64,000 nt of DNA from Betaproteobacteria bacterium Ga0077526 (GCA_001464765.1 LNDV01000034.1:904671-968670), one strand, 5' to 3'. Shown: positions 42,269-52,090, counted from the stretch's first letter. Notes: generated by a model not told the origin, from the letters alone. Numbers and translations are program-made.

Positions 42269-42684
42269 GCGACGCATCCTGTCCGCTTTGCAGCGGCGAC
42301 GGCGGGGAGGTGCTCTGGCGCGACGACCGGCTGCGGATCATCGCAGTGGACGACGCCGACTACCCCGGGTTTCTGCGGGTGATCTGGAACGCGCACGTGC
42401 CGGAGATGACAGATCTGTCGACCGCGGACCGCGCTCACTGCATGGAGGCCGTGTTCGCCGCCGAAGCCGCACTGCGTTCGGTGATCTCTCCCGACAAGAT
42501 CAATCTCGCGCAGTTCGGCAACGTTGTGCCCCATCTGCACTGGCATGTCATTCCGCGGTTTCGAGACGACGTGCACTTCCCGAATCCGGTCTGGGGAGCG
42601 CGCATGCGGGAGTGCCGCCGTGAAAGCCCCGGCTGGCGGATGAGTGTGGGGAAGGTCCTGGAGATCGCTCTCCGACGGGCCTGA
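42265..42684 (+). CDS. HIT-family hydrolase
   Basis: Histidine triad [14 protein letters not shown] start overlaps the preceding stop (GTGA). The track ORF start at 42115 lies inside the upstream gene. Confidence 0.8.
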   Translation: MSDASCPLCSGDGGEVLWRDDRLRIIAVDDADYPGFLRVIWNAHVPEMTDLSTADRAHCMEAVFAAEAALRSVISPDKINLAQFGNVVPHLHWHVIPRFRDDVHFPNPVWGARMRECRRESPGWRMSVGKVLEIALRRA

Positions 42685-42706
42685 TGACGGCCTTACTGAC
42701 GCCGGT

Positions 42707-44044
42707 TCAGCTGCCGGTGCGTTCGAGTTCCGCGGATTCTGCCGATACCACGCGGCGAGCGGCCGGGAACACCGCGCGAAAGACGCTGCCTTTTCCGAGC
42801 GTGCTCTCGATGTCGAGATGGCCCTGATGGCGAGAGAGCACGTGCTTCACGATGGCGAGCCCGAGACCGGTGCCCCCAGTCTCGCGCGAGCGGCTGCGAT
42901 CCACCCGGTAGAACCTTTCGGTCAGGCGGTCGATGTGGTGGGACTCGATGCCGATGCCCGTGTCGCGCACCGAGAACACGGGCAGTCCCTTCTCGAGACC
43001 CCATGCCACTGTAATCCTGCCGCCCTCCGGGGTGTAGCGGATGGCGTTGTTCACGAGATTGCCAAACGCACTGCGGATCTCGTCGGGGTTGCCGTGCAGA
43101 TCGTCCGTCGCTTCGAGGCTCACTTCGAGCTCATGACGCCCGTTCGACAGTGCGGCGGCCTCCTGCAGCACCTGATGCACCACTTCGGCGACGGAGAAAT
43201 CCGTTTCCCTTGCCGGGGTGTCCGTGCTCTCCAGACGCGACAGCGTCAGCAGATCTTCCACCAGTCGGCTCATGCGGGAGGCCTGCTGGGACATGAGCCG
43301 CAGTGATCGCTGGACCATCTCGGGTTCCGGGTCGCTCACGTCGGTGAGCGTTTCCAGGAAGCCCGACAGCACGGTGAGCGGTGTCCGCAACTCGTGCGAC
43401 ACGTTCGCCACGAAGTCGCGGCGCATGGTCTCCACGCGTTCCCACAGGGTGATGTCCCGACCCAGCAGAAGCTTCTCGCGGTCCCCGTACGGGACCACCT
43501 GGACGGACAGCGACGTGTCTCCGTGTGCCGCGGTGGTGACTTTCAGCGCGAGCGGCTCGGAGTAGTCCCCGGACACGAGGTACTGCACGAACTGCGGCTG
43601 ACGCATGAGGTTGGTGACCTGGTGGCCGCGATCGCGCTCCAGGTCCAGGCCGAAGTAGGTGAGCGCCTTCGGGTTGCACCACTCGAGGACATTGTCTTCG
43701 TCGAGGATCGCGACCGCCTCGGGGAAGGCGGCGCCCGCCTGCAGGAAACGACTCAGTGCTTCCTGGAGGCTGTTTTCCGTTTGTGCCTGGCGCTTGTGCA
43801 TGCGGAGCAGCCGGGAGAACAGCTGTTCCCAGTCGCCGCTTCCCTCCGGAATCGTGTCGATCTTCGGATCCTGGAGCCAGGCGCGGAACAGGGACAGATT
43901 GTGGATCTGGTGCGCGAGCAGGAAGGCGAGCAGAACGAATGCGAGCGCCAGGGCTATTGCCGGGCTGGTCGCCAACGCGACGATCGCGGTCGCCACAGCG
44001 ATCGACCCGATCAGGATGAGCGGTTTGCGCCAGTGGGACATCAT
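42707..44044 (-). CDS. phoR: Phosphate regulon sensor histidine kinase
   Basis: N-terminal TM pair, PAS, H-box FVANVSHELRTPLTVLSGFLE, and G-box GGTGLGLAIVKHV. Adjacent to phoB. Confidence 0.85.
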   Translation of the reverse strand: MMSHWRKPLILIGSIAVATAIVALATSPAIALALAFVLLAFLLAHQIHNLSLFRAWLQDPKIDTIPEGSGDWEQLFSRLLRMHKRQAQTENSLQEALSRFLQAGAAFPEAVAILDEDNVLEWCNPKALTYFGLDLERDRGHQVTNLMRQPQFVQYLVSGDYSEPLALKVTTAAHGDTSLSVQVVPYGDREKLLLGRDITLWERVETMRRDFVANVSHELRTPLTVLSGFLETLTDVSDPEPEMVQRSLRLMSQQASRMSRLVEDLLTLSRLESTDTPARETDFSVAEVVHQVLQEAAALSNGRHELEVSLEATDDLHGNPDEIRSAFGNLVNNAIRYTPEGGRITVAWGLEKGLPVFSVRDTGIGIESHHIDRLTERFYRVDRSRSRETGGTGLGLAIVKHVLSRHQGHLDIESTLGKGSVFRAVFPAARRVVSAESAELERTGS

Positions 44045-44121
44045 TCGACGGACAGGGACATTTCCGAGGCAGGTCAGGGAAGCCCCGGTATGTTACCGGG
44101 CCGAGACCCGGAGTCGAGGGG

Positions 44122-44814
44122 TCACTCGGGTTGTTGAGACATCCGATACCCAGTACCACGCACCGTCTGGACCAGCCCGTCCAGTGCGGTGGGTTCCAGG
44201 GCCTTGCGCAGACGGCGAATGTGAACGTCAACCGTCCGCTCCTCCACGAAGACGTGGTCTCCCCATACATGATCCAGCAACTGAGCGCGGGAGTGCACCC
44301 GCTCGGGGTGGGTCATCAGGAAGTGCAGGAGGCGGAACTCCGTGGGCCCGAGTTCCACCGTCTTGCCGTGGCCAGTCACCCGATGACTCGCGGGGTCCAG
44401 TTCGAGTTCGCCGATGCGGACCAGGTCGTCCGTCACCTGCGGAGCCCTCCGTCGCAGCACAGCCTTCACGCGCGCATTCAGTTCGCGGGGAGAGAAGGGT
44501 TTGGTGACGTAGTCGTCGGCTCCGGTCTCGAGCCCGGTGAGCTTGTCCTGCTCGTCGGAGCGGGCCGTGAGCATGATGATGGGGATCTGCCGTGTCCGGC
44601 GGTCCGCCCGCAGACGGCGCGCAAACTCGACGCCCGAGATCCCCGGGAGCATCCAGTCGAGCAGCACGAGGTCGGGCAGGGAGGTCTGGACCAGCCTGAG
44701 CGCCTGTTCCGCGCTGTCGGCCTTCAGCAATTGATGGCCTGCCTGCGCAAGGTTGTAGGAAATCAGTTCCTGGATCGCAGGTTCGTCTTCGACGACGAGA
44801 ATGGTGGCCGGCAT
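44122..44814 (-). CDS. phoB: Phosphate regulon response regulator
   Basis: ILVVEDEPAIQELISYNL...DLVLLDWMLPGISG, plus an OmpR-type winged helix (VHIRRLRKAL...VQTVRGTGYR); 230 aa. Confidence 0.9.
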   Translation of the reverse strand: MPATILVVEDEPAIQELISYNLAQAGHQLLKADSAEQALRLVQTSLPDLVLLDWMLPGISGVEFARRLRADRRTRQIPIIMLTARSDEQDKLTGLETGADDYVTKPFSPRELNARVKAVLRRRAPQVTDDLVRIGELELDPASHRVTGHGKTVELGPTEFRLLHFLMTHPERVHSRAQLLDHVWGDHVFVEERTVDVHIRRLRKALEPTALDGLVQTVRGTGYRMSQQPE

Positions 44815-44846
44815 TTGATGCTTCTCCGCACTTCGGTACGGTCTGG

Positions 44847-44880
44847 ATACTATGACCGAATTGTTACCGACGCGTGACGG
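44847..44880 (-). promoter_or_regulatory. Candidate Pho boxes and -10 element upstream of phoB
   Basis: Minus strand reads CCGTCAC-gcgt-CGGTAAC-aatt-CGGTCAT with 11-bp phasing (consensus CTGTCAT). TAGTAT lies 10 nt after the first 18-bp box. SD ggagaag precedes the ATG. Confidence 0.5.
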
Positions 44881-44896
44881 TATTCGATGACGATCG

Positions 44897-46921
44897 TCAT
44901 CGAACCGGCGATTCGCTGGTCACCGGGACGGATTGCGGGATCGAAGGCCAGACCCCGCGTGCGGCGGCGCGCCGGCCTTCGAAAAGCAGCCAGCTCTGGG
45001 CGCCGTAGTGCGGCAGGGGTCGCGCGAGCGCGGCGAGGTTCTCGGCGTCGGCAGCGATAAGCACCACCACGCCAGTCGGCGTGCGGGTCGTCCACACCCG
45101 CGATCCGGTCTTGCCCCGAATGGCTTCGGGCGACGGCGATAACCCGAACCTGGCGGCATAAGCATCCACGCGATCCGGCAGCCCCATCACGAGGAGCGGG
45201 CCGGAGGGCGGGGTTTCCGGATCGGCGTCCGCAGGCGGTTCATCGAGCATCCGGTTGGCCAGGTCCCGGGCCGAGGCCGCGTAGGCGTCGTCGGGACCCA
45301 GCGCGATCAGACGCGTGTTCCGGTCGACCATCACATCCCGCAGGATCGGCGGCGCCTCGTCGGGCGCGAGACGCCGAAGCGTGATCATCTCGGGGTCGAG
45401 CAGGACGTGCCTGGGCTCGCTTCGCACCATGAGAGACAGCGTCGTGCGTGCGCCGGAAGGACGCACATCGAACGTCTGCACGCCGTCCGCCGTATCGACC
45501 TGAAGGGGAATCGTCGCCACGTCGTCGGGCAGATCTCGCGTCATCACGACCTGCAGGGACCACGCGTCGCCCAGCCTCATCGCGGTCGCCCTCTCCAGAC
45601 GGATCGACGGGATGCCAGGCTGTTCGACCCACCGCCGAAAAAACGCCGTCAGATCCTGACCGGAGGCCGACTCGAGTGCCTGGCGCAGATCTGTCCACGA
45701 AGACACCCGGAAGCGCCGCTCAGTCCAGAACATTCGCATGCCGGCAGCGAAGGCGTCAGGACCGATTCGATGGCGCAGCATGAGCAGCACCATCGCCGTC
45801 TTCTGGTAGCCGAGGATGTGCGACGCACCGTGCGTGCGCGACGTGAACGACGTGAGCGGCCGGTCGTCCTCCGCGCGCAGAGCGGTGATGTCGCGCAACC
45901 ACGCGAGCCGCATGGCCCGCGCGGCGTCGGGGCCCTGGCGCTCGCGCGTGTCGTAGTCGGCGAGCAGCGTCGTGAGTCCCTCGGACCAGTTGCCCTGCCG
46001 GTAGTCGGGAAAGACGCCGTTGCCCCACCAGTTGTGCAGGATCTCGTGACCGAGCGAAACCTCCCGCATGAACGGCAGCTTGAGGACATCGGCCCCGATG
46101 TAGGTCAGCGTGGGCATGCCGAATCCGGTGGGCGTCGGACTCGAGACCACACTGAACATCTCGTACGGATAGGGACCGATCGACCGCTCGAAGCGGCCCA
46201 GCAGTTCGGCACTGGAATCGAGGTAGGCGGGAGCCATCGCCTCCAGACCCGCCACGAAATAGGTACGCAGACGGATATCGCGTCCGTCCACACTCTTCGC
46301 TGCGCGCTCTGTCACGGTGTACGGCCCCGCCATCAGATCGATCCCGTCGGCCGGCTGATCGAACGAGAAGCGCGCTTCGTACCCCGTTGCCGTATCGGAT
46401 TCCGCATCGAGTCTGCCGGCCACCAGGCCCCGCTGTCCTGCCGGCAGGCGCAGCGTGATGCCGTACGTCAGCGGGCCGCCGTCCACGCTCGGGTGCCATC
46501 CGCTTGCCGCGGGGAGGAAGGTACCTGCCGGACCGGAGACCGGTGCGGCGTTCCGGAGCGTGTCGCGATGGTCCAGGCTTGCATCGAGCGGATCGAGGCG
46601 GCCCTGCCAGCGCAGCGCAATCGTGCGGCGTTCCGCATCCGGCGCGAATCGCCAGACGACCTCGTCGCCCGCGCGTTCCGGCGCACCGGCGCCTCGCACT
46701 CGGGCGAGCGCCTCGCGAAGGGCAGCATCGACGAACCGCTTCGCCATGCGCACGGTATGCGCAGGTCCGGCCGGGAGTGTCAGGAAGCCCTCTGCGCGCA
46801 ACTCCTGCTTCGCCGGGGCGACGCTCACCGTGGCCTCGAGCCGCGGGAGCGCGGAGTCCGCGGAGACGGCGGTCGCGGGGACGCCCAGCGCGAGCAGCAG
46901 GACGAAGGCCCCGCGCTTCAT
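44897..46921 (-). CDS. Secreted M1-family zinc metallopeptidase
   Basis: Signal peptide MKRGAFVLLLALGVPATAVSA and zinc motif GHEILHNWWGNG; 674 aa. Confidence 0.8.
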   Translation of the reverse strand: MKRGAFVLLLALGVPATAVSADSALPRLEATVSVAPAKQELRAEGFLTLPAGPAHTVRMAKRFVDAALREALARVRGAGAPERAGDEVVWRFAPDAERRTIALRWQGRLDPLDASLDHRDTLRNAAPVSGPAGTFLPAASGWHPSVDGGPLTYGITLRLPAGQRGLVAGRLDAESDTATGYEARFSFDQPADGIDLMAGPYTVTERAAKSVDGRDIRLRTYFVAGLEAMAPAYLDSSAELLGRFERSIGPYPYEMFSVVSSPTPTGFGMPTLTYIGADVLKLPFMREVSLGHEILHNWWGNGVFPDYRQGNWSEGLTTLLADYDTRERQGPDAARAMRLAWLRDITALRAEDDRPLTSFTSRTHGASHILGYQKTAMVLLMLRHRIGPDAFAAGMRMFWTERRFRVSSWTDLRQALESASGQDLTAFFRRWVEQPGIPSIRLERATAMRLGDAWSLQVVMTRDLPDDVATIPLQVDTADGVQTFDVRPSGARTTLSLMVRSEPRHVLLDPEMITLRRLAPDEAPPILRDVMVDRNTRLIALGPDDAYAASARDLANRMLDEPPADADPETPPSGPLLVMGLPDRVDAYAARFGLSPSPEAIRGKTGSRVWTTRTPTGVVVLIAADAENLAALARPLPHYGAQSWLLFEGRRAAARGVWPSIPQSVPVTSESPVR

Positions 46922-48108
46922 CGCTGCGCAGGGAACTTCGCGATGAGGTCCATCACGTCGGTGCCGCGGCTAACCTTCAGCGGCAGCCAGCTGCCGGGGG
47001 GCTGCAGAACGATCCGGTCCACGACGTCCTCCACGGTGCGGCAGGAGCGCCCGGCCACTTCCACAAGCACGTCACCGGCCTGCACGCCGGCCTGGCTTGC
47101 GATGCTGCCGTCCTCCACCTTTCTGACCGAAACCCGGTCGTTGGCCATCTCGAGCCAGACACCCAGGCGGGGACGGGACTGTTCGCCCTCCACCGTGTCC
47201 CCGACGCCGAACAGTGCGGTGGCCTGCCCCGGTTCGACGTCGGCGCACGCCATGCCCGCGTCGGAAGGCAGGAAGCTCGCGACATCGGTGACGCCCATGT
47301 CACGCAGCTGCCATTCGACGCCCCAGCCGTTCATCGCGTGGCCGCTGCCGAGCAGCGCTACCACGCGGGCGCCCGGCCGCATCGTGAGCGCATCGCGGAT
47401 CGCGTGTGCCATGGCGCGGTCCCACGTGAGCTGGCTCTCCAGAAAGCGCCGGAACTGGGGATTGTCTGCCGGGGAGCTGTCCTTGCCGTCGCCCGCGGAG
47501 CTGTGCTGGGAGAAGCTTGCCCAGAGGAAATCGCGGTAGGTCTCCATGGGTTCCGCGGGGCGGCTGATGCCGAGCTCCCGCAGTTCCGCGACGCCGTCGA
47601 ATCCCACCTGACTCACCTTGCGGGTGAGAGTGTTGTCGATGTTGAGTGCCACCATGGGAATGCGGTGGATGCGCGCGAAGTGGAACAGCGGCAGATAGAG
47701 CTGGGCGTCGAAGCGCCACACCTTCGACCACTGGCTCTGTTCGAGGAACGCCTTCTCGGTCAGCTCGCCTGCAACCCAGCGATCGAGCACGGGCTGCGCG
47801 GCGCGGGGGAACATCTCCAGCGCGAGCACGATCGATTCGTTGCGCGACAGCATCGCGGACGCGACATGCAACTGCCAGCGATGATGCTCCATGCTGTCGT
47901 GATGCTCGCCGAGCAGGACGACCCGGCGATCCGCCACGTGGTCCAGCACGGTACGCAAAGCGACCGGCGCCGCGCCGCTCGCTGCGGGGAGGGTCCAGGC
48001 GCCGGGGGGGGGACAAAGGCCCTCCGCGGCAGACGTGGAAGCGGCCAGCACGGCCAGCAGAAAACCCGCCAGGGAGGCGGGGACGCGAAGCGGGAGAGCG
48101 AAAGTCAT
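46918..48108 (-). CDS. ChaN/DUF399-family protein with C-terminal PDZ domain
   Basis: VVLLGEHHDSMEHHRWQ and ALLGSGHA are ChaN/Tiki-type motifs. PDZ-like VRKVEDGSIASQAGVQAGDVLVEV. Stop overlaps the peptidase start by 4 nt. ATG 48108 preferred. Confidence 0.7.
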   Translation of the reverse strand: MTFALPLRVPASLAGFLLAVLAASTSAAEGLCPPPGAWTLPAASGAAPVALRTVLDHVADRRVVLLGEHHDSMEHHRWQLHVASAMLSRNESIVLALEMFPRAAQPVLDRWVAGELTEKAFLEQSQWSKVWRFDAQLYLPLFHFARIHRIPMVALNIDNTLTRKVSQVGFDGVAELRELGISRPAEPMETYRDFLWASFSQHSSAGDGKDSSPADNPQFRRFLESQLTWDRAMAHAIRDALTMRPGARVVALLGSGHAMNGWGVEWQLRDMGVTDVASFLPSDAGMACADVEPGQATALFGVGDTVEGEQSRPRLGVWLEMANDRVSVRKVEDGSIASQAGVQAGDVLVEVAGRSCRTVEDVVDRIVLQPPGSWLPLKVSRGTDVMDLIAKFPAQR

Positions 48109-48258
48109 GAAGGGCTCGCTGGTGGAACATCCCTGCAACGGACTGCGGTGCGGCCGACAAGTTCGCCCGGGCGGGAATCCGGGTGCGGCCGGTCTGGAAT
48201 TCGCCCCGACAGGGTATCATCGGCCTCCATCGCAAAGGCTCTCGGCCACCCCGCATTC

Positions 48259-48708
48259 ATGGCTTTCGCCACGGTCCGTCCCACCGACATCGTCCTGCAT
48301 CAGGCGTCCCGCGTCCTCGAGATCGCGTTCGACGATGGCAGCCGGTATCGCCTCCCGTGCGAGTTCCTGCGCGTGTTCAGTCCCTCGGCCGAGGTACGGG
48401 GCCACGGTCCCGGACAAGAGGTGCTTCAGATCGGCAAGCAGAACGTGAATATCACCGCCATCGACCCGGTGGGCGCCTACGCGGTGAAGCTCGTGTTCAG
48501 CGACGGGCATGACACCGGCCTGTACTCCTGGGACTACCTTCATGAGCTCGGACGGGATCAGGACCGCCTCTGGGCGGGATACCTCGCCCGGATGGCGGAA
48601 GCCGGCGCGTCGCGCGACGACAAGGTCTCCATCGAAGTGCACAAGTTCAAGCGGGCGGCCGCTCCGGCTGCCGCGCCACGGTTCACGAGTCCGCCCACCG
48701 ATGAGTAA
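48259..48708 (+). CDS. DUF971 (gamma-butyrobetaine hydroxylase-like N-terminal) domain protein
   Basis: [31 protein letters not shown]...[19 protein letters not shown]. Only the last 450 nt of track ORF 46504..48708 look coding. Confidence 0.75.
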   Translation: MAFATVRPTDIVLHQASRVLEIAFDDGSRYRLPCEFLRVFSPSAEVRGHGPGQEVLQIGKQNVNITAIDPVGAYAVKLVFSDGHDTGLYSWDYLHELGRDQDRLWAGYLARMAEAGASRDDKVSIEVHKFKRAAAPAAAPRFTSPPTDE

Positions 48709-49432
48709 GACACACTTCGGCTACCGCCAGGTCGACGAGTCCGAGAAGGTCCAGCGCGTCGGCGAGGTCTTCAAGGCCGTGGCGCCGCGTTACGACCTGA
48801 TGAACGACCTCATGTCCGCCGGGTTGCATCGGTTGTGGAAACGCTTTGCCGTGGATGCCTGTCTGCTGCGGCCTGGCCAGCGCGTCCTCGACGTGGCGGG
48901 CGGCACCGGCGACATGACACGCCTCTTCTCCAAGGCCGTCGGACCGACTGGCTCCGTGTGGCTCACGGACATCAACGGTGCCATGCTCTCCACGGGTCGC
49001 GATCGCCTGCTCGACGAGGGTCTGATGGTGCCCGTGGCGCAATGCGATGCCGAGCGCCTGCCGTTCCCGGACCGGACCTTCGATTGCGTGTGTGTCGCGT
49101 TCGGCCTGCGCAACATGACTCACAAGGATCGTGCGCTCGCCGAGTTCCGGCGCGTACTTCGCCCGGCAGGGCGCGCCGTGGTGCTGGAGTTCTCCAAGGT
49201 CTGGAAGCCTCTCGCGCCCCTTTACGACGCCTATTCGTTTTCCGTGCTGCCGGCGATGGGCAACCTCGTCGCGGGCAACCCCGAGGCCTACCGGTATCTG
49301 GCGGAATCCATCCGCATGCACCCGGGCCAGGCCGAACTCGAAACGATGATGCGCGATGCCGGCTTCGACGACGTGACGCATTTCAATCTCACCGGGGGCG
49401 TCGTCGCGGTGCATCGCGGCTGGGCGACCTGA
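48701..49432 (+). CDS. ubiE: Ubiquinone/menaquinone C-methyltransferase
   Basis: [47 protein letters not shown] and the SAM motif [10 protein letters not shown]. Confidence 0.9.
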   Translation: MSKTHFGYRQVDESEKVQRVGEVFKAVAPRYDLMNDLMSAGLHRLWKRFAVDACLLRPGQRVLDVAGGTGDMTRLFSKAVGPTGSVWLTDINGAMLSTGRDRLLDEGLMVPVAQCDAERLPFPDRTFDCVCVAFGLRNMTHKDRALAEFRRVLRPAGRAVVLEFSKVWKPLAPLYDAYSFSVLPAMGNLVAGNPEAYRYLAESIRMHPGQAELETMMRDAGFDDVTHFNLTGGVVAVHRGWAT

Positions 49433-49436
49433 CGCG

Positions 49437-50024
49437 ATGCTGGCGCGTGCGGCGACCGGTGCCATCAATCATCTGCTTGCGCAGGCCCAGTGGGCGCGCG
49501 ACACCCTGCGCCCGTTTGCCGGGCGATGCGTGCGCTTCCAGGTGGCTCCCGCTGCGTTCACCCTGACGCTCACGGGCGATGGCTTCGTCGCGGAAGCCGA
49601 CGAGGCGGCGCCCGGGGACCTCAGCATTTCCCTGAGCCCGATCACGGCGCTCCGGCTCGGCGCCGGCGACGAGTCCGCGCGGGCCGACGTACTCGTCCAG
49701 GGCGACGATGACCTGACCCGTGCCATCTGGCATGTGGTCAACCATCTCCGATGGGACGCCGAGGAGGATCTTTCCCGCGTGTTCGGCGACATCGCCGCCC
49801 ATCGCATCGCGGGCACCGCGAAGCAGGCCGTTGCCGCCGGCCGCGATTCGGTGGAGCGCGCCGGCCTTGCCGTGGCGGAGTACCTCTCCGAGGAAAGCGG
49901 CCTCACGCCGCCCCGCCTGCAGCTCGAAGCGTTCGCGCAGGATGTGGACCGCGCCCGCGAACTGGCCGACCGGCTCGAGGCCCGCATCCGCCAGCTGGAA
50001 CAGCGCCAGGGCAGGGGTGACTGA
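49437..50024 (+). CDS. ubiJ: Ubiquinone biosynthesis accessory factor UbiJ (SCP2-like)
   Basis: Sits between ubiE and ubiB. N-terminal INHLLAQAQWARDTLRPFAGRCVRFQV pattern and a C-terminal amphipathic helix. Confidence 0.7.
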   Translation: MLARAATGAINHLLAQAQWARDTLRPFAGRCVRFQVAPAAFTLTLTGDGFVAEADEAAPGDLSISLSPITALRLGAGDESARADVLVQGDDDLTRAIWHVVNHLRWDAEEDLSRVFGDIAAHRIAGTAKQAVAAGRDSVERAGLAVAEYLSEESGLTPPRLQLEAFAQDVDRARELADRLEARIRQLEQRQGRGD

Positions 50025-50051
50025 CATGCCCACCGCCGGTCGAGGCGCGGC

Positions 50052-51578
50052 ATGACCCGCTGGCTGCGTCTCGCGAAGATTCTGTGGGTCGCGATCCGTT
50101 TCGGGCTGGACGAATTCGTGTTCGCCCATTCGTCGCTGCGCTGGCTGCGGCCCTTCATCCGTATCGCGACCTTCTGGCGGCACTTCGACCTGTCACGCGG
50201 CGCACGGCTGCGGCGTGCCCTGGAAGACCTCGGCCCCATCTTCGTGAAGTTCGGTCAGGTGCTTTCCACTCGGCGCGATCTGCTCCCGCGGGACATCGCC
50301 GATGAACTCGCGAAGCTGCAGGACCGCGTGCCGCCCTTTCCGAGCGAGCAGGTGCTCGCGAGACTCGAGAAGGTCTACGGCAAGCCGGTGGATCAGGTGT
50401 TCGCGCACTTCGAGCGGGAGGCCGTCGCGAGCGCCTCGGTGGCGCAGGTGCATTTCGCCATCCTTCCGGACGGGCGCGAGGCGGCCGTCAAGGTGCTCCG
50501 CCCCGGGATCGAGCGCATCATCTCCCGCGATCTCGCGCTGCTCGACACTGCCGCGAGCCTCGCCGAGAGCATCTGGGCGGACGGCAAGCGGCTGCGACCG
50601 CGCGAGGTGATCGCGGAGTTCCAGAAGCACCTCTACGACGAACTCGATCTGCTGCGGGAAGCCTCGAACGCGAGCCAGCTCCGCCGCAACTTCCGCGACT
50701 CCGACCTGATGCTGGTGCCCGAGGTGTTCTGGGACTGGTGCGCGACCGAAGTGATGGTGATGGAGAGGATGCACGGCACCCCGATCTCGCAGGTGCCGGC
50801 CCTGCGGGAACAGGGGATCGACATCTCCAAGCTCTCGCGCATGGGCGTGGAGATCTTCTTCACGCAGGTCTTCCGCGACGGGTTCTTCCACGGCGACATG
50901 CACCCGGGGAACATTCTCGTGGCGGCCGATGGTCGTTACATCGCGCTCGACTTCGGGATCATGGGCACCCTGAACGACGTCGACAAGAACTACCTCGCCC
51001 AGAACTTCCTCGCGTTCTTCCGCCGGGACTACCGGCGCGTGGCGCAGGCGCACGTGGACGCCGGTTGGGTGCCGCCCGGGACCCGCGTGGACGAATTCGA
51101 GTCTGCCATCCGTGCGGTGTGCGAGCCCATCTTCGACAAGCCCCTGAAGGAGATCTCCTTCGGCAAGGTGCTCTTGCGCCTGTTCCAGACGGCGCGCCGG
51201 TTCAATCTCGAAGTCCAGCCTCAGCTCGTGCTGCTGCAGAAGACCCTGCTCAATATCGAAGGGCTGGGCCGGGAACTCGACCCCGATCTTGATCTGTGGA
51301 AGACCGCCAAGCCTTATCTCGAACGCTGGATGTCCGAGCAGGTGGGCTGGCGCGGTCTGCTGCGCAACCTCCGGGACGAGGCGCCCTACTGGGCGAATGC
51401 TTTGCCTCAGCTTCCTCGTCTTGTGCATCGCGCGCTCTCGGAGCCCGCACCCCATGCCCTCGAGACCGCCATCCGCCGCCTGACCCAGGAACAGGAAAAG
51501 CAGACTCGCTGGCTCATGGTCATCGCCGGCCTGCTGATCAGTTCGGGCGCCATGCTGCTCGTCATGCTGCTCCGCTGA
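50052..51578 (+). CDS. ubiB: Ubiquinone biosynthesis regulatory kinase-like protein UbiB (ABC1 family)
   Basis: [26 protein letters not shown] and [10 protein letters not shown] motifs, with C-terminal TM segments; 508 aa. Confidence 0.9.
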   Translation: MTRWLRLAKILWVAIRFGLDEFVFAHSSLRWLRPFIRIATFWRHFDLSRGARLRRALEDLGPIFVKFGQVLSTRRDLLPRDIADELAKLQDRVPPFPSEQVLARLEKVYGKPVDQVFAHFEREAVASASVAQVHFAILPDGREAAVKVLRPGIERIISRDLALLDTAASLAESIWADGKRLRPREVIAEFQKHLYDELDLLREASNASQLRRNFRDSDLMLVPEVFWDWCATEVMVMERMHGTPISQVPALREQGIDISKLSRMGVEIFFTQVFRDGFFHGDMHPGNILVAADGRYIALDFGIMGTLNDVDKNYLAQNFLAFFRRDYRRVAQAHVDAGWVPPGTRVDEFESAIRAVCEPIFDKPLKEISFGKVLLRLFQTARRFNLEVQPQLVLLQKTLLNIEGLGRELDPDLDLWKTAKPYLERWMSEQVGWRGLLRNLRDEAPYWANALPQLPRLVHRALSEPAPHALETAIRRLTQEQEKQTRWLMVIAGLLISSGAMLLVMLLR

Positions 51579-51764
51579 TCCGGCGCGGTCACCCATGGCG
51601 GTGACACGAGAGCGCGGCACGAGCCAGCAGCCGGTGCCGACGCCACGCACCGGAAATCCCGAAAGACTGTGCCGAAACTTCCAAGGGCAGCGTCACCTAA
51701 GCACAGGTGCAGCGCAGGCACCCGGTGCCTCGCGACCGAGTCATCGTCTTGAGGAGTGCGCACC

Positions 51765-51977
51765 ATGAACCCCTGGAAGAATCGCTTCGCGGCGAAGGCC
51801 GCCACCGCTGCCGGGCTGCTGGCCGCTCTGTTCGCGCTGGGCGGTTGCGCGCCCACCTCGGCCCCGCCGCCGGGTCTGTCGGACACTGTTTCCCCCGGCA
51901 GCACCGATTTCTGGGGCAAGGCGAATCCGACCGCAGAGGAACGTCGCAAGGGGGGAGGTGTCCCCGGCTCCGACTGA
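51765..51977 (+). CDS. Small putative lipoprotein
   Basis: Lipobox LFALGGC after a basic/hydrophobic N-terminus (MNPWKNRFAAKAATAAGLLAA). SD gaggag lies 8 nt upstream. Confidence 0.45.
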   Translation: MNPWKNRFAAKAATAAGLLAALFALGGCAPTSAPPPGLSDTVSPGSTDFWGKANPTAEERRKGGGVPGSD

Positions 51978-52056
51978 CCCCTCTGCCGCGCCCCATCGCT
52001 GTCCGATCCCACCCGATGGACCGAATGGTCCATTCGGGCAGTGTCGCGTATTGGCA

Positions 52057-52090
52057 TTGTCACGAAACAGTCATGTGCGAAAGCCAGAAT
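52057..52090 (+). promoter_or_regulatory. Candidate Pho box and -10 element upstream of the OprP-type porin
   Basis: TTGTCAC-gaaa-CAGTCAT (7-4-7 architecture), then 10 nt, then CAGAAT. About 126 nt upstream of ATG 52200. Confidence 0.5.

Noticed and set aside
44045-44121. 7-8-bp hairpin (gcccggta-aca-taccgggg) in the 77-nt phoB-phoR spacer as a possible attenuator
   Set aside because: The stem is short and imperfect, there is no U-tract, and I have no comparative support.
46504-48258. N-terminal ~585 codons of track ORF 46504..48708
   Set aside because: This part is antisense to the M1 peptidase and ChaN-PDZ genes and is Arg/Pro-rich. Only the last 450 nt (the DUF971 protein from ATG 48259) look genuinely coding.
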